64,000 nucleotides of DNA. Origin: Chiloscyllium plagiosum (Eukaryota). Position 1 is the stretch's first letter. Every line of letters begins with the position of its first letter. Positions 48,931-62,377 of the stretch are shown here, piece by piece. The stretch lies in assembly GCF_004010195.1 (NCBI RefSeq), contig NC_057719.1, positions 68,227,873 through 68,291,872 on the forward strand. Direction: 5' to 3'. The translations under genes were made by a program, and so were the position numbers. The notes beneath the pieces were generated by a model that was not told where the DNA came from, ran no database searches, and worked only from the letters and a program-made list of their open reading frames with translations.

Positions 48931-50559
48931 AACCTAAAAAACATAATTGTGCAAAGTTACTAGGTAGAACGCATGCATATGTAATTTTTAATAATCATAT
49001 ATTTACAGCTATTTCTGAACTCAAAAACAAATGATACAATGCTATCAGAGGTTATTTTGGGATAGAGAGACTTTTGCATGGAATTGTTGAAACAATGCTT
49101 CTGTGAGTCAGTTCCTGCTGTTGTTACATTGAATTGTTTGGAACAGTTTTTTTTGAAGAAGGGGCAAAAAAGCATTTTAAAAATTTTGACTTTTGAATCT
49201 TAAAATGTACATTTCACAACAATAGACTTTCAATGGGAATAATTTTATCATATTCAAACATATTTATTGTTTTTAAAGGCCATGACAAGGCAGGAGCAGT
49301 TACAATAAAAGTGAATTTGACAGACAAAGTCTGAAATTGGTAGCATTAGTCCACAGGTCAGAAGCTATTAAATGACACTGTGCTCAGGTATCACTTTTTA
49401 CGTTAGAGCAATTAATAAGTTGCATATTTTGGTGATTGTTAATGGTTTAACCTCTACTTGTGATCAGTATGCAACGATTCATTTTTTACTGTGTATAAAA
49501 TCAAGAAAATATGCTTTATATCTGAATGCTAGAACTACATACTAACGCTAGAACTACAATTTCACAAGACTTAATTTGATCCCATTGACTTTTTTAACCC
49601 TCTCTTTTTTTTGGAATGATTGATTTTGTCTAATAGTTTGATTGAAAATTCTCATGAATCACTTGGTCCATGGCATTCTTTACACTGGTTTCCAGTTTCT
49701 ATCTTGCGAGTGTATGTAAATAACCAGGTCCGTCTTACTTCCAGATTGTCAGCAATTTTGACAAATAAACCTGAAGTAGCCTGACAAAAAAAATCTATTA
49801 TTGTTCTGAAAGAACTCAGAATGAAATATAACCTGGTGTTAGAAAAAGAAGGATTACTTTGATGGGTTTTAAATAAAACATTGACCAAGAACTGTTTCAC
49901 AATTGCTTTTGCTTTACAGTTTAGACTGGATTTTTAATTGTTTGGATGAGGCTAATGACCTCTGTAAATGAATGTATTTCTTACTAGAAGGATTCCCTTC
50001 TAATTTAAGTTTTATAGTAAAATGATATTGTGGAGAGCACAAATGTAAACTTCCACTTTTTTCAGAACAGTTTCATGAAAACAATAGCTGCTCATTATAG
50101 ATCTTTTTTTTACAAATGTTGGGACAACTGGTACCTCTAGATCATAGCCAGTTGTTCAGAATTAATTTATTGCAACTGTATCATTAGTCTTCGATACAAA
50201 TTTGAAATTTTGATCAATCTTTCAAAAAACAGTTTAGAGTCAATTAACAAAATTCAGTGTTCATTGATATCTGAATACTTCCCTGACTGCAGACAGGCTT
50301 TTGAAAAATTGGTTTATTTTTATTTTTTTAAACTTTTAAAAGTTTAATCAAATAGTAAAATGCTTTGCTTGTGTCAAGGACACTAAGCGTTTACCATTCA
50401 AGTTTTGAAAGGTATGATGTTGACAGATAATGTTATGGATGGGTTACATAAAGGTGATTATGACAATTATCCTTAAGCAATCCAATAAAATAGGAGCAAA
50501 AAAATTACAGTTTGATTCAGGTATCAGAGGTGACCAGAGCCAATTGAGCTATAAAACAC

Positions 50560-50762
50560 TAGAAGTACTGGAAATCTAAAATATAAACAGAAAATGCTGG
50601 AACTATTCAATGGGTCAGACAACATCTGAGGGAAGAGAAACTTAGTTAACACTTCAGGTCTGTGAGCTAGCATCAGAACAGAATATCAGAACAGACTTGA
50701 AACATTAACTCTGTTTGTCTTTGCACAGACGCTACCAGAACTGCTGAATATTTCCAGCATTA
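50560..50762. repeat. Palindromic Penelope-type terminal-repeat pair
   Basis: aatgctgga..gttaa (50593-50650) inverted with ttaactctgttt..tttccagcatt (50705-50761); same family as 14385-14587. Confidence 0.7.
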
Positions 50763-53700
50763 GCAATGGAACCATGCCTCAGGATAGAACTGAGCAATGG
50801 GTAAGGGGAGAAGGCAGGAACAAAATAAATGGAAAAAAGAAAAGGAAATAGGTGGCAATGGAAGATAAAAACCAATTATTTTGTTGTTAAATTCAATTCA
50901 CTTTGCTCAAGTTTTAATCACACCACACTTCTGCTAAAGCAGTGATTTTTGGCAGTGTGGCAGGAATGTAGTTAGGATTGGGGGAAAAAATGTATGGCAA
51001 ATTTGTAACGATGTCAAAGTGCAATCAACAAGATGATAATTTGCAGCCATTGTGCTTGTATTTACATATAAAAGAAACATCAGCCGGTAATTGAATACAC
51101 CCGTGTTAGAGGACAAAGCCATTAGAAATATGCCACTAGAGAGTTTCGAATAACCAGCATAAAGTGTAGATAGTTGACTAATATAAAAGTTAAATCTTCC
51201 TACAGACGCAATCAAGTTAAAATCAGTGCAGTAAAGAAGGAGCACATCTTGATAACCAGTCATGATGGGGAAACTGGAGTGTTGCATAATCACTTGCTGT
51301 AATTATGCATTCTGCTGTAGCATTCTATTTAAGGTTTTGCATAAGGCTAGTGAGAATAATGCAGCATAATTTTCAACTAGGAAACAGGTGTGTGTGGAAA
51401 AAAAGAAAGCAGTTTACAGCAAAAAAAATTGATTTTCTTTCCTTATGCATTAGTACTCTTCTAATTGCAGTAATTCTTCTTAATTTTTAACAGAAGTTTG
51501 GCAGTCATTTTAAACGGCATTAAAGGTTAGTTACTCTGTTGAACAGAAAATAAAGGAAATCATGTGAAAGAAATTATATAGCAATTTGGTAATGACTTGG
51601 TCAGCTGTTCCTTATTTTGCTTCACTTTGCTGCATTGGTTTATGAGGCTCAGAATCTCAGAAATTTTGAAAATACTATCATCGCAATTGTAATTTCTTTC
51701 AGTGATTATATGTAAGTGTGTATGAAATTTGAGGAACTGTAACAATGCAAAAATCATACAATTGTAAAAAAAGTATTTAAAAGTATAGTTACTTGTCACT
51801 GCAAAAATCTATAAATGGCCTCAAACCACCATTGAAGCTCCCTGTAAAAAAATCATGTGCCAACTGAAAGTCAGTGCAACGGTTTGTTAAAGTGCCTACA
51901 ATGCTGTCATCACCTCAATTGCATAAACCACAGATCTGAAATCTTTGATAAAATCCTAAACATAATAAACAACTTCTTTTTTCCCCTTAATGTTTATCAG
52001 ATGGGCAGTTAAAGTATTGTAAGATTTGATTAACTGATTATCGCTCCACTGAAAAGTAAGGACCTTGAGAAAGAATTAACAATCTGTGACTTTTGATTCA
52101 GTGTCCAGAATTCCTACAATACTGAAGATATGGACTATTTTAAAGTTATTTTATCTGTCATACTCCACATCTAAGCATACTCCTTCTTATCTCTCCATGG
52201 GCAGGGGAAATCGGCAGATTCAACTGAGGTAAGATAAGGTCAGAAATAAAACACATTGAGTGAAATAATTAAATTATTCTTGCACCCTTTAAGTTTACAG
52301 CTTTAAATAAAAGAAGTACCATGTGGAAACATAGATTCAGGCAAATAATTTCGTAAAAGGCCATCCTGTTGATTTTTCGCACTCAGTATCTAGAAACATG
52401 AGCAGATAGGAGGTCTCCTCCAGAAACCCAGATAACCCTTGTTTGCCACAATGAGATGACTTATCTTTTATATTTATGACAACATTTCCATCACGGGCAT
52501 GGGATATAGTGAAATACTGCATGCATAACTGGTGCAGATAAGGAGTTTGATGTATGACAAATGTGAGTAATGATGAAGCGCATACCAGAGATTGCTACTG
52601 TCAATCATAATTATCGCTCAAGGTTGCAAAGCTGAATGTTTGTCAGTTATACTGCTTATCATGTGTGTGGCTATTTCTGTGTGTTACCACAATACCCATG
52701 TCTCCACATGTGTTGAGGATAACAAAGTGGGAGGACATTTTGGCTGTTATAGCTGCACAATACTTGGACAGATGGAATTCTTCCAATGAACCATTGGAAA
52801 AAGAGTAGCATTTCTTGAGTTGCAAAGTTAACACATTTATTTTGAAAGATACAAAATAAGCTCCATCTTGTCAGAGTTAGGCTAGTGTCTCTCAATGACG
52901 CAGACATATAGATGAGGCAATTAAATAACTTCCTTTTCAGCATTGTTTTTAAAATTTAAAAGATGTGACAGTTCAAGCAGTTTTGATTGTCTCCTAATAT
53001 TAGTGGTCCAAACAGAACTCTCATGTCAAAAACATTTATTGGAAGTTTTCCTGTTTATATTTTCAGTATTTTGGCAGGCTGTATGAGACAAAAATATTGA
53101 AAACACATGCTGTCCTGAATAGACACATGTATTCAGAGTGTATTGTTGCTCAGCATTAACTGATTAAAATCTTATGATGGAGCTTTTGAACCTGCCATAC
53201 TTACACAATACTGTGACTAACAGTATAATGGATGAGACAGATGGTCACTATGCTGAGTAACACCTGTGTGTATAAACTGTTAAGAGTCAAAAAATCATCG
53301 TGATTTCAAAGAAAGCCAGAATGCAAACGAAGCTGGTTAAAGTAAATCAGCCAGGACCCTCATATTCACAGGTGATGACAAACAGCAGCTGCTGACAATT
53401 TGCAGAAGGTTGCATCTAATGTGCATTGCTTTAAAATTCTAATGTCACTTAACTAAACTTTTAATTCTAATGTTATACCCTGGCATCATGGACTATAACG
53501 GGGATGTCTGTTTAGTCAGGCGACTTGAAAGTAACATTGGCTCACTAATGGGTTTTTGTTAACTATCTGGATCAGGATGAAGGAGGTGGGGGGAATATGA
53601 TTTATAATTATTTCTCCTGTTTCTATACTTAGTACATTCCTTCTGTTTCATCACAGTGAGAAGGTTGTCCTATCCAGCTTCTGGGCCTCTCTACAGATGC

Positions 53701-56429
53701 TTGTAATGACTCCCCTCAGTTGGCTAGCTCGAAACTGAGTTACAATACTACTGTTGCACAGCTTTCCTATTGTAAATAAATTGCTCATATTGGCAAAATG
53801 CACTCACTAGAGGAAATTAAAGTGCATGTGCCAGCAGAAATTGTAATTCAAACTCAGATTTTCTTGCTGCACCCACGATCTTAAGTGTAGTTACTGGCCA
53901 AACTATACTTCTGACATTATTACAATCTCAAAAGACCAGAAGATTCTGGGGGCATATATTTTTTCTAGTCTGGTGAAGGACCAAAACTGGAGTTAGCATT
54001 AGATTAATAATCAAAACAACAAACCAAGACGATAGAAAACTAAAAGCTGTCATGAATTAAAGGCTTTTTCTCATTTATTACCTGATTATTGTATGGAGTC
54101 ACTTGCTTCCATCTAATCAATTTAAATTTAATTCCAGTATTTGAGGTTTACAAAGATGTTGCCACCGTTATTTTTTCTGAATTTATTGCTGCTATTATAT
54201 GAAATTCCACCATTTGGCTTAATTAAAACTTCTGCCTGGTGGCATCTGAATTATATCACTTTAATATCAAATCTGCATCAAATAAGACAACAACATTTGG
54301 GGCCTGCATTAATCTGAATCAGAGAAGAAAAGGAAAAAAATCTAAGCTCATATCGATCTATCCAACCATGTCTATCTAGAAAGCATTCAAACTGATTAAT
54401 TTAGCCAAGGGCTCAGGGTGTGTTACTGGTGTAATAATAACTGTTGCAGCGATTCAGCTCTACCTGCTAACCTTTAGTTTATTGGAACGGGTAATTCAAT
54501 AAGTAAACCAGCAACTGACAACAGTCAGCAAATATAAAGTATTAATTGGCTAAGTTATGTAGCAGGTGTAGCAAGTGAAGCAGAAGCAGGCTCAATTAGA
54601 GAACAAGAGTTTCTCTATGAACACCAAAGGGATTAAGTCTCAAAACAAATGCAGCCATTTAAGGTACTCTTGCCTTTCTGGTTATTATTTCCATTATTAA
54701 GTGGTAGAGGTGAGTTCTGATAGTCAGAGACCTAATCTGAGCCACTGTGGGTTTATTCCCAATGCACTTTTGTTTTATTACATTTAGTTTGCATTTCTAC
54801 CTTACATTTTTCTTTTTTTTCTGTATGTTCTATTAATAGTGAATGACTAATACTGTACAACAAAACTGTGTTTAGAAAATGCAAGTTTTAACCTTGTCAC
54901 ATAGGCATGGAACAGTAAGGACAGGAAGATGAATAATTGGAAAATCCAATGTTTTGTTTGCCTTCATCTTGGATATCAATTTTACAAGTCTGGAGTGGAC
55001 TTGTGACAAAAGTAACCGTTCCTCTCTAGAGTACAAGCCTATTCATATCATTTGTCACTATTTTCATTTGTTGGGATAGCTCCCTGTAGTTGCTTTATTG
55101 TGAGACTTGATGTGAAATGTATTACCTCCCACCATAGTCAATGTATTATTTTGATCAATGTAATCAGATTTGCTACAGGTGACGGTATACTGTGTGAAGG
55201 ATTGGTAATTTTAGTATATGTAAAAATTTTGTACAATAGTCTTGTACCTCTACTTAAAAAAAAAGCTCCCTGTGCCCTCATCTGTTTTCCATCCTTTATG
55301 CTCTGTGGTTTTTGTAGTTTGAAACCTTGCTTGTAAGGTGCTACATGAAAAGTTACTACTGCACTTTAATGATGTGAATAGCCCACACACACATTATATA
55401 ATTAGAATGGAGTTTGCAGCTTATTTTGAGGCTATATAATGATTTGGGGGAGGGATTACTGTACAAATCAAGTCTGCGCTTTACTACAAATACATTAGCA
55501 ATGCCAAGAATGTCTGCAAAAACAGAAAGGAGCCGTTGTAAACTCAATCTTTTGAATACTGGCACAGAATTGTTGCAACCTGCTGCTATCTCAATGCTTG
55601 ATTTTAGTTTGAGACATCTTAAGTACTAATTTTTTCTTGCCTCAACCCTACTACTACTACTACACATCTACTACTTCCAAATTATCAAGAAAAATCAAAG
55701 ACATTTCTTAACCTAAAGTAAATAATTATAAGAATTACTGGGATAATAACCTCACAAATATTGCAAAAATGTTTATCCTGACAATGCATCTTTTTGATTA
55801 AGACTTTGATTATTTTTCCCATCATACTTTATGATTGCTTTTACCATTACAACTTATAACCTAAATTTATGAATGTATCTATGTTCCTCAAATTTGCACG
55901 GTAATTGATCTGAGGCTAGAAAACTCAATTCTTACTTGCATCCTTTATCAACAAGTGGTCAAAAATGCCATGACTTGTATGAAGGTGTGCAACCTGTCAC
56001 TTCTGATCTCCAATATCTTCTTTATGGATGTTGCCTTTATCTAACTTTGTGATGTACTCCACCAGTCTGTCCTTAAGTGTGTCCCTCTCCTATTTTGATT
56101 TGTCCTCCCTCTGTTTCACCTTTGGAAGTGCATCTGCAGCCACTAGAAAGTCAACTTTTGAAATTAGATCCTTGCTCTCAAAAGCTCCTAGAGATTCTTA
56201 TTTTTTATTTGAAGTTTCACCCCTTCTGTGAAAACCTCTGTTCCGTTCTCCATCCCGTTCAGCCCATTTATCAACTGCACCACAGATTGTAACGTCTGTC
56301 TGTAGATGAGGCAGAATTGAGAAATTCAAGATGTATCATTGAAAATAATTTTTGTTCTTTTATTATGAAGAGTTTTAGAAGTAAAAACATTGCTTTCAGA
56401 TTCGCATTCTTTGCCATTCTACGCCGTCT

Positions 56430-56780
56430 ATGCACTACAGTTCTATTGAGTACAGCTGCAGTGCTGGAGGTGTCATATTTCCAAATGCGAAAATAAAACT
56501 GTGTATTCCCTTATTTGGGCGAATATAAAAGATACCAAAACACTGCATGATGAACGAGAGATAGATATTCCAGTGTCCTTGTAGGCATTTTGGCTTCAGC
56601 CCGCAACACTAAGAACTGGTTTTCTGGTCTCACATTCTTCTGTTGTTCATGGGATCTCGCCCTTGGCAAATATAGTGATCTTTTCTGACATAACTAACTG
56701 ACTATAAGTCATCTATTTGTTGTAAAGTACTTTGGTCATACTCAGTATGTGATAAATCACCCTGGAAGTATAATTTAATT
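56430..56780 (+). mobile_element. Very old DeuSINE-type SINE
   Basis: gctgcagtgctggaggtgtc, taaaagatacca and tgtaaagtactttgg remnants. Confidence 0.5.
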
Positions 56781-57214
56781 CCTTTAATTCAGTCTGTCTT
56801 GGAGAATGTAGTCTCCCATATTTCTGTCAGAATAACATTCATACTGATTTTGGGATTTCTGTCTGCACAGCTTACTTTACATAGGATTCCAATGCTGCTA
56901 TTGAAATGGCTTTATAATTGTCTAAAGCTATTTTGTATGAGTAACAAAAACAGGAAGTAAAGCAACATCAGCTATTATACTGAACTTTTTTATATTACTC
57001 GTAGAATTCTATTGTCCCTGGCCAAATATGATGCGGATCAAAACATATAATCTATTTATACTGGATACAACACGAGGGAGCAGTTTGTCCACCTTAGCAA
57101 AGACATCAAGTGTTTTCTTGGGTACAGTGTAGCTAGGACAGATGGAGAACAAACACATTCTACAACCTAATAGCACTCTATACTCCACCCACACCTACCA
57201 GCAGATGCAAATGA

Positions 57215-57420
57215 ATGCATACACACACACATATATGTATTCTCATGCATTTTTTCACGCACTTCATAACACATACTCTCACATTCACAAACTCTCTCAC
57301 ACACACACATACACACATTTACACTTTCATAAGCTCACTCACACACTCTAATACGAGCAGTCTCACAAATGCGCTCTCTTTCTCTCTGTCTCTCTCTCAC
57401 ACATGTGCTCTCACTCTTAT
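57215..57420. repeat. CA/CT-rich low-complexity microsatellite region
   Basis: Imperfect (CA)n and (TC)n runs. Confidence 0.8.
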
Positions 57421-57739
57421 TATCATAATGAATGTTGCCATCCAGAAATGCCAACAAACTCCCTATGCATTGAAGTCTAATGTCACTTCTAATTGGCACA
57501 GTATAACAGTAGAGTGTCAATTCGACAGTTGCCTTCCACACCTGCTCTCCGGTAATGAAGAATCAAACATTCTCTACTTGATCTACAAAGGATTTAACTC
57601 GTCTGAAAGCATTTACATCCCAGAGCATAAATTAATCAAATAATTATTCTGATTATTTAGAAAGGATCTTTTTGAACAGCAGTTATAATGTAACTTTAAT
57701 TTAAAAAATCTCATTCATTCATGTCTAACTTTAAAACCA

Positions 57740-58215
57740 AACATAATATTGCTAATTTTGTTGATGATGCAAAACAAGTTGGGAATTTGCATTGTGAGGA
57801 AAGATGAAAAGCGGCTTTGATGGAATTAGACAAACTAAGTGAATGGGAATGAACATTCCAGATAGAATATAATCAAGGAAAATAAGATGTTTTCAACTTT
57901 GGTAGGGAAAACAAAAATTCAGGATATTTTTTGAATGGTAGGAAGTGTTGATTTGCAAAGACATCTTTGTTAATGGGCAATGATAGCTATCATGTAGGTG
58001 CAGTAAACATTTAGGGATGCCAATCATTTATTAATTTTTATTGCAAGAAGATCTGAATACAAGAGTGAAGGTATCATCCTACAATTGTATGGAGTCTTGA
58101 TATTGTGTTTTCTTGATCTAAGGAAGGATATATTTATGACAGCAGGAGTGTGTCAAAGGTTTACCAAACTGATTTCTGGATGATGGGATCATCCTATAAT
58201 TGAGAAAACTAGGTA
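57740..58215 (+). mobile_element. Very old CR1 RT fragment
   Basis: IANFVDDAK, LDKLSEW and FGRENKN remnants. Confidence 0.7.
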
Positions 58216-58309
58216 AGGGAGGAGAACATGTGTTTGGTGGCAGAAATGGCAGAGGGTCCTTTCAATGGAGAGATTGTTGTAATGGATAGGGAAGGTGAGA
58301 AGAACATTG

Positions 58310-58570
58310 CTATGGACTAAAAGTCCTATTCACACCAGCCCAGGTAAGAATGCCAGATGTTTCACTAAAGAACAATAGTGAACCAGAAGTGTTTCATGAC
58401 AATCCAATAGATACCTGGCCCCAATACAGCTAGCAACCTCGTCTTCCAAATTTCTTTAATTGATTTGAACTTAACCCACTACTGCAGCATTGAACTCATT
58501 TCTCCAGATCAATAGTGCAGGCCTCAAGATTACCAGTTCAATAATTAGGCCTATGCTATTGTACTCCCAA
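58310..58570 (-). mobile_element. Family-B-like SINE (old)
   Basis: ccaggtaagaatgccaga..tagtgaaccaga.. and a reverse-complemented tRNA-like head. Confidence 0.55.
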
Positions 58571-58582
58571 TATATATAAATG

Positions 58583-59290
58583 TACAAATTAAGAACAGGC
58601 ATAGTCTAAGTGATCACTTAAACCTACCCTGCTATTTAATGAGATCATGGTTAATCTGATTGTAACCTTAACTCCAAATTCCTGTCTATTTTCAATAACC
58701 TTTCACCCCCTTGTTTACAAAGAATCTATTCACCTATGCCTTAGAATATTCAAAGACTCTTTCTTTATCAAAAAGTGGCAGGAGCTGAACCCAAAGATTC
58801 ATGAACCTCTGAGAGAAAACTTTCTGTCCAGCTGATGGGCAATCCCTTATTATTAAATGGTGACTTTAGTTCTAGATGTTCCACAAGAGAATGTGTTCTT
58901 TTCACACCTTTTGTATCAAGATCAAATCCCTTCTTGCTCTTCTAAACTCCGGCAGATAAAACCTAACCTGTCCATCTTTCCTCATAAAACAAAATGTCCA
59001 TTTCAGGAATGAGTATTCCTGGTGCTTCCAGAAGATTTACAACCTTCCTTTAAAAAGGAAACCAATATGTGCATAGTACTTGAGAAGTAATGTCACCAGT
59101 GTCTTGTATAACTGAAATATAGTCTTCATACTTCTATATTCAATTCCCCTCACAAAAAATGTTTACATTCTATTAGATTTCCTAATTACTTGCTGTACCT
59201 GCATACTAGTTTTTTACGATTCATCCAGTGGGACTCTGTGATCTCCCTGCATCTGAGAGCCCTACAATCTCTCAGCATTTAGATTGTAAA
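58583..59290 (-). mobile_element. Old CR1 LINE 3' fragment
   Basis: gagatcatggttaatctgat, cctctgagagaaaa and cctaattacttgctgtacctgcatact, which are reverse-complemented CR1 3' features. Confidence 0.75.
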
Positions 59291-59852
59291 TGGTTTCTAT
59301 TTAAAAGTAACTTTTATTCTGTGTAATGGAATGTCTTCATCAATTTTATTATGATGAATATTACTTTTAACAGCATCATCTGACACTACACATTCATCTT
59401 CAAAAGTAAAGGCCAATGAAAATACTTCATCTAACTTTTTTGTGCCTTTTCCATCCTGTACAATCTATGGTTCTCTTGGAGGAGAAAATTATTTTGGCTA
59501 CTTCACAATAACATATGACCACCATCTTTTCTCTAACCATTTAGCTGATAGAGACTGATCATTGTTTTATTTTTTGACATTATATACTGTTAATGAAAAC
59601 ATTTTATGTGCATGTTTTATTTGAACATGACCAGTCAGCTGCCTTGGCTTATTCGTATCATGCATCCTTTTTTTAAATTTCAGAAGTGATGTATGATCTT
59701 CAGATTATATTAATTGAAGCTGCTGACTTTATCATAATTTGAATTAATTTTCTGCTTAAAAGTTAAATCAAAAGTAATGTGAAATAATATCATTTTAACA
59801 TCATTGTACCATGCAGATAGCTTGAATTGCCTTGGTATTTTGAAAGATCACT

Positions 59853-60456
59853 GGTGCGGCACGGTGGGCCAGTGGTTAGCACTGCTACCTCACAGCACCA
59901 GGAGCTGGGTTCAATTCCTGCCTTGGGCAACTGTCTGTGTAGGTTTCCTCTGGGTGCTCTGGTTTCCTCGCACTATCCAAAGATGTGCAGATCAGGTGAA
60001 TTGGCCATGCTAAATTGACCAAGGTGTTAGGTGGCTTAGTTAGTGTGAGCGGCACGGTGGCACAGTGGTTAGCACTGCTGCCTCACAGCGCCAGAGACCC
60101 GGGTTCAATTCCCGCCTCAGGCGACTGACTGTGTGGAGTTTGCACATTCTCCCCGTGTCTGCGTGGGTTTCCTCCGGGTGCTCTGGTTTCCTCCCACAGT
60201 CCAAAGATGTGCAGGTCAGGTGAATTGGCCATGTTAAATTGCCCGTAGTGTTAGGTAAGGGGCAAATGTAGGGATATGGGTGGGTTGCGCTTCGGCAGGT
60301 CGGTGTGGACTTGTTGGGCCGAAGGGCCTGTTTCCACACTCTTATGTAATCTAATCTAATCAAATGTAGGGGTCTGGGTGGGTTACTGTTTGGAGGGTTG
60401 GTGTGGACTTGTTGGGCTGAAGGACCTGTTTCCAAACTGTAGGTAATCTAATCTAG
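59853..60456 (+). mobile_element. HE1-like SINE with a younger HE1 copy (~60047-60361) nested inside
   Basis: Outer 5' half 59853-60040, complete inner copy, outer 3' half 60362-60456. Confidence 0.92.
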
Positions 60457-61164
60457 TATGGCATGAAACTGCTTCTTCACAAGAAATAATGCATTTTAGT
60501 AACTTCTTGTTTAACTCAATTCATAGTTTTAATGATGGTTTTTAAAAAAAAGTTAAATTTCAATTGTTAAAGAAATGTGATTCACTGTTGGGAATGTTGT
60601 TTCTTTACAAATTTGCAAATGTTTTTGTTTCAAGATCAGGTTGAATTGCATTCTAGTGTAACTCACAAATAACAAGTGCTGGCATTTTATGTCTCTTTTT
60701 ACATTTAAGGAAAACAATGTAACATTTACACTGAACAGTGACATGCTCATGTGTTCAGCAGGGTACTTTGGATTATAGCTACAATTCTGCAAAGAGATTA
60801 GAGTGAAGATTTGCATAGAGTAAAAATGCATTTTGAACAGTGGCCCTAAAATATTTTTGCATCATAAGTAGTGACAGTAGATGAAATTATTGACTTGTAT
60901 AACAACAGGCTCATCTTAGTTACTTGTATTCAACTTTTATATGGCAATCCAATTGAATTTTGGGATTACTCATTACTCATTAATAGGAAAGATGACATTA
61001 AGTTTAAATGTGCTTTTTTTTCTGGGGATGTTTGAAGTAGGAGCAATTCGAGTTGTTTTATTGTTTTACAGATTCCTCACTAGTATTGTTAAAATGTTGC
61101 AGTGGTTCACTTGGGATCATATACTGGAATGTTGTTTTGAAAATGCTCATAATGCAACTGGCCA

Positions 61165-61760
61165 TTACAGCATCCCTCTCATGGAGTCATGAGGCATGAG
61201 AGACAGAAATGCTTGCCAGGGCTTTGTAAGTTTCACACTACTGGCACCATATTTTAAGCATTAGTCACACCACTTCAGATGCTGCTGGACAGGAACTGGC
61301 CCTTCACATTGCCATATTGAATGGCTGCCTGAGAAAGGAGAGTTAGCTCCACAGTTTTCCGACAGGATCCAACCTGTACTGAGATAGTCACCTGGGTGAA
61401 ACACAATGTGCAGCAGTACAGGAAGAAGGCCAAAAAATCTTTGGCACGCTGTAACTTTCAGTGTCACCACCATCTCTCTGTTAAATCCCACTCACGGGGC
61501 CATAATTCTCTCTCTAATTCTGCCACTGTACATATCTTTCACCAAAGCTCCAAGTTGGACTATAATTCTCAGTACATGCATCATCTGCACTTATTTGTTC
61601 TTGTCCACCTAACCCTCGCAAACTACTAAACAGTTCTGCACTCTACACTCCCTACTTAATCACTTGGAGTGTCTCACAGCTTCTCCAGAAGTCCTGGCCG
61701 AGCAGTGTAAGTCTGTATATGGGTGTGACATTTTCAGTAGGCCTGGGCCCTCTAGGTGCA
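61165..61760 (+). mobile_element. Second PIF/Harbinger remnant related to 39517-40730
   Basis: Shares cagaaatgcttgcca and catcaga/cttcaga..gaactggcc.tcac blocks with 39690-39800; LAPQFSD and VQQYRKK Myb-like remnants. Confidence 0.55.
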
Positions 61761-62004
61761 AGTGCTCCAAGGGGTGAAATTGTCCACATTTTCAAGGCCA
61801 ACAGGTTCTAGTATGGATCAAGCTCCCTCCACCCCAGCAGTCAATATCGAGCCTACATTTGAACACTAAAGATTGATGCCTGATTGTAAATTACCTTGCA
61901 CCTTTGAGAATATATATGCACTTGAACCTTCTTGAAATGTTTGTTCCACTGTCTTTGTCATTTTTGGACCTGGTGAAGTCTCCTACCATTTGTAAGATGA
62001 GCAA

Positions 62005-62377
62005 CCTCTAGAAACAATCATTCGATTCAGAATTAGTCGTCACATGGAGAAAAAGGTTGATTACAAAGTGTCGGCAAGGATTTCGAAAAAGAAAGTTGTG
62101 TTGAGCTAACTTGCTGGAGTTTTTGAGGAGGTAACAGAAAGGTTTGATAAGGGTAACACTGTTGATGCACTGCCATACAACAGACTTATGAGGAAATTTT
62201 ACAGGCCATGGATTAAATAGAACAGTAACAGCATAGATACTAAAAAGTCTGAGTGATGGGAAACAGAGTGAAATGGTCATTAGATAATTTCCAGTTGTAG
62301 CAAGGCTTTGTTGTGGAATTCCCCAAGCGTTAGTTTAAGGACCCTTTTTCTTCCTGATATATTTTAATGATTTATAT
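62005..62377 (+). mobile_element. Old CR1 RT fragment ending at the hAT insertion
   Basis: SRQGFRK, NLLEF, KQ/RV, GIPQ and GPFFFLIYFNDL remnants. Confidence 0.7.

Noticed and set aside
52102..52234. Exon suggested by the GAG|GTAAGA donor (similarly GAG|GTGAGT near 54710)
   Set aside because: Acceptors are weak, no convincing coding frame or recognised peptide, and such donors are expected by chance in 64 kb.
57142..57643. His/Thr-rich ORFs
   Set aside because: Translations of the CA microsatellite.
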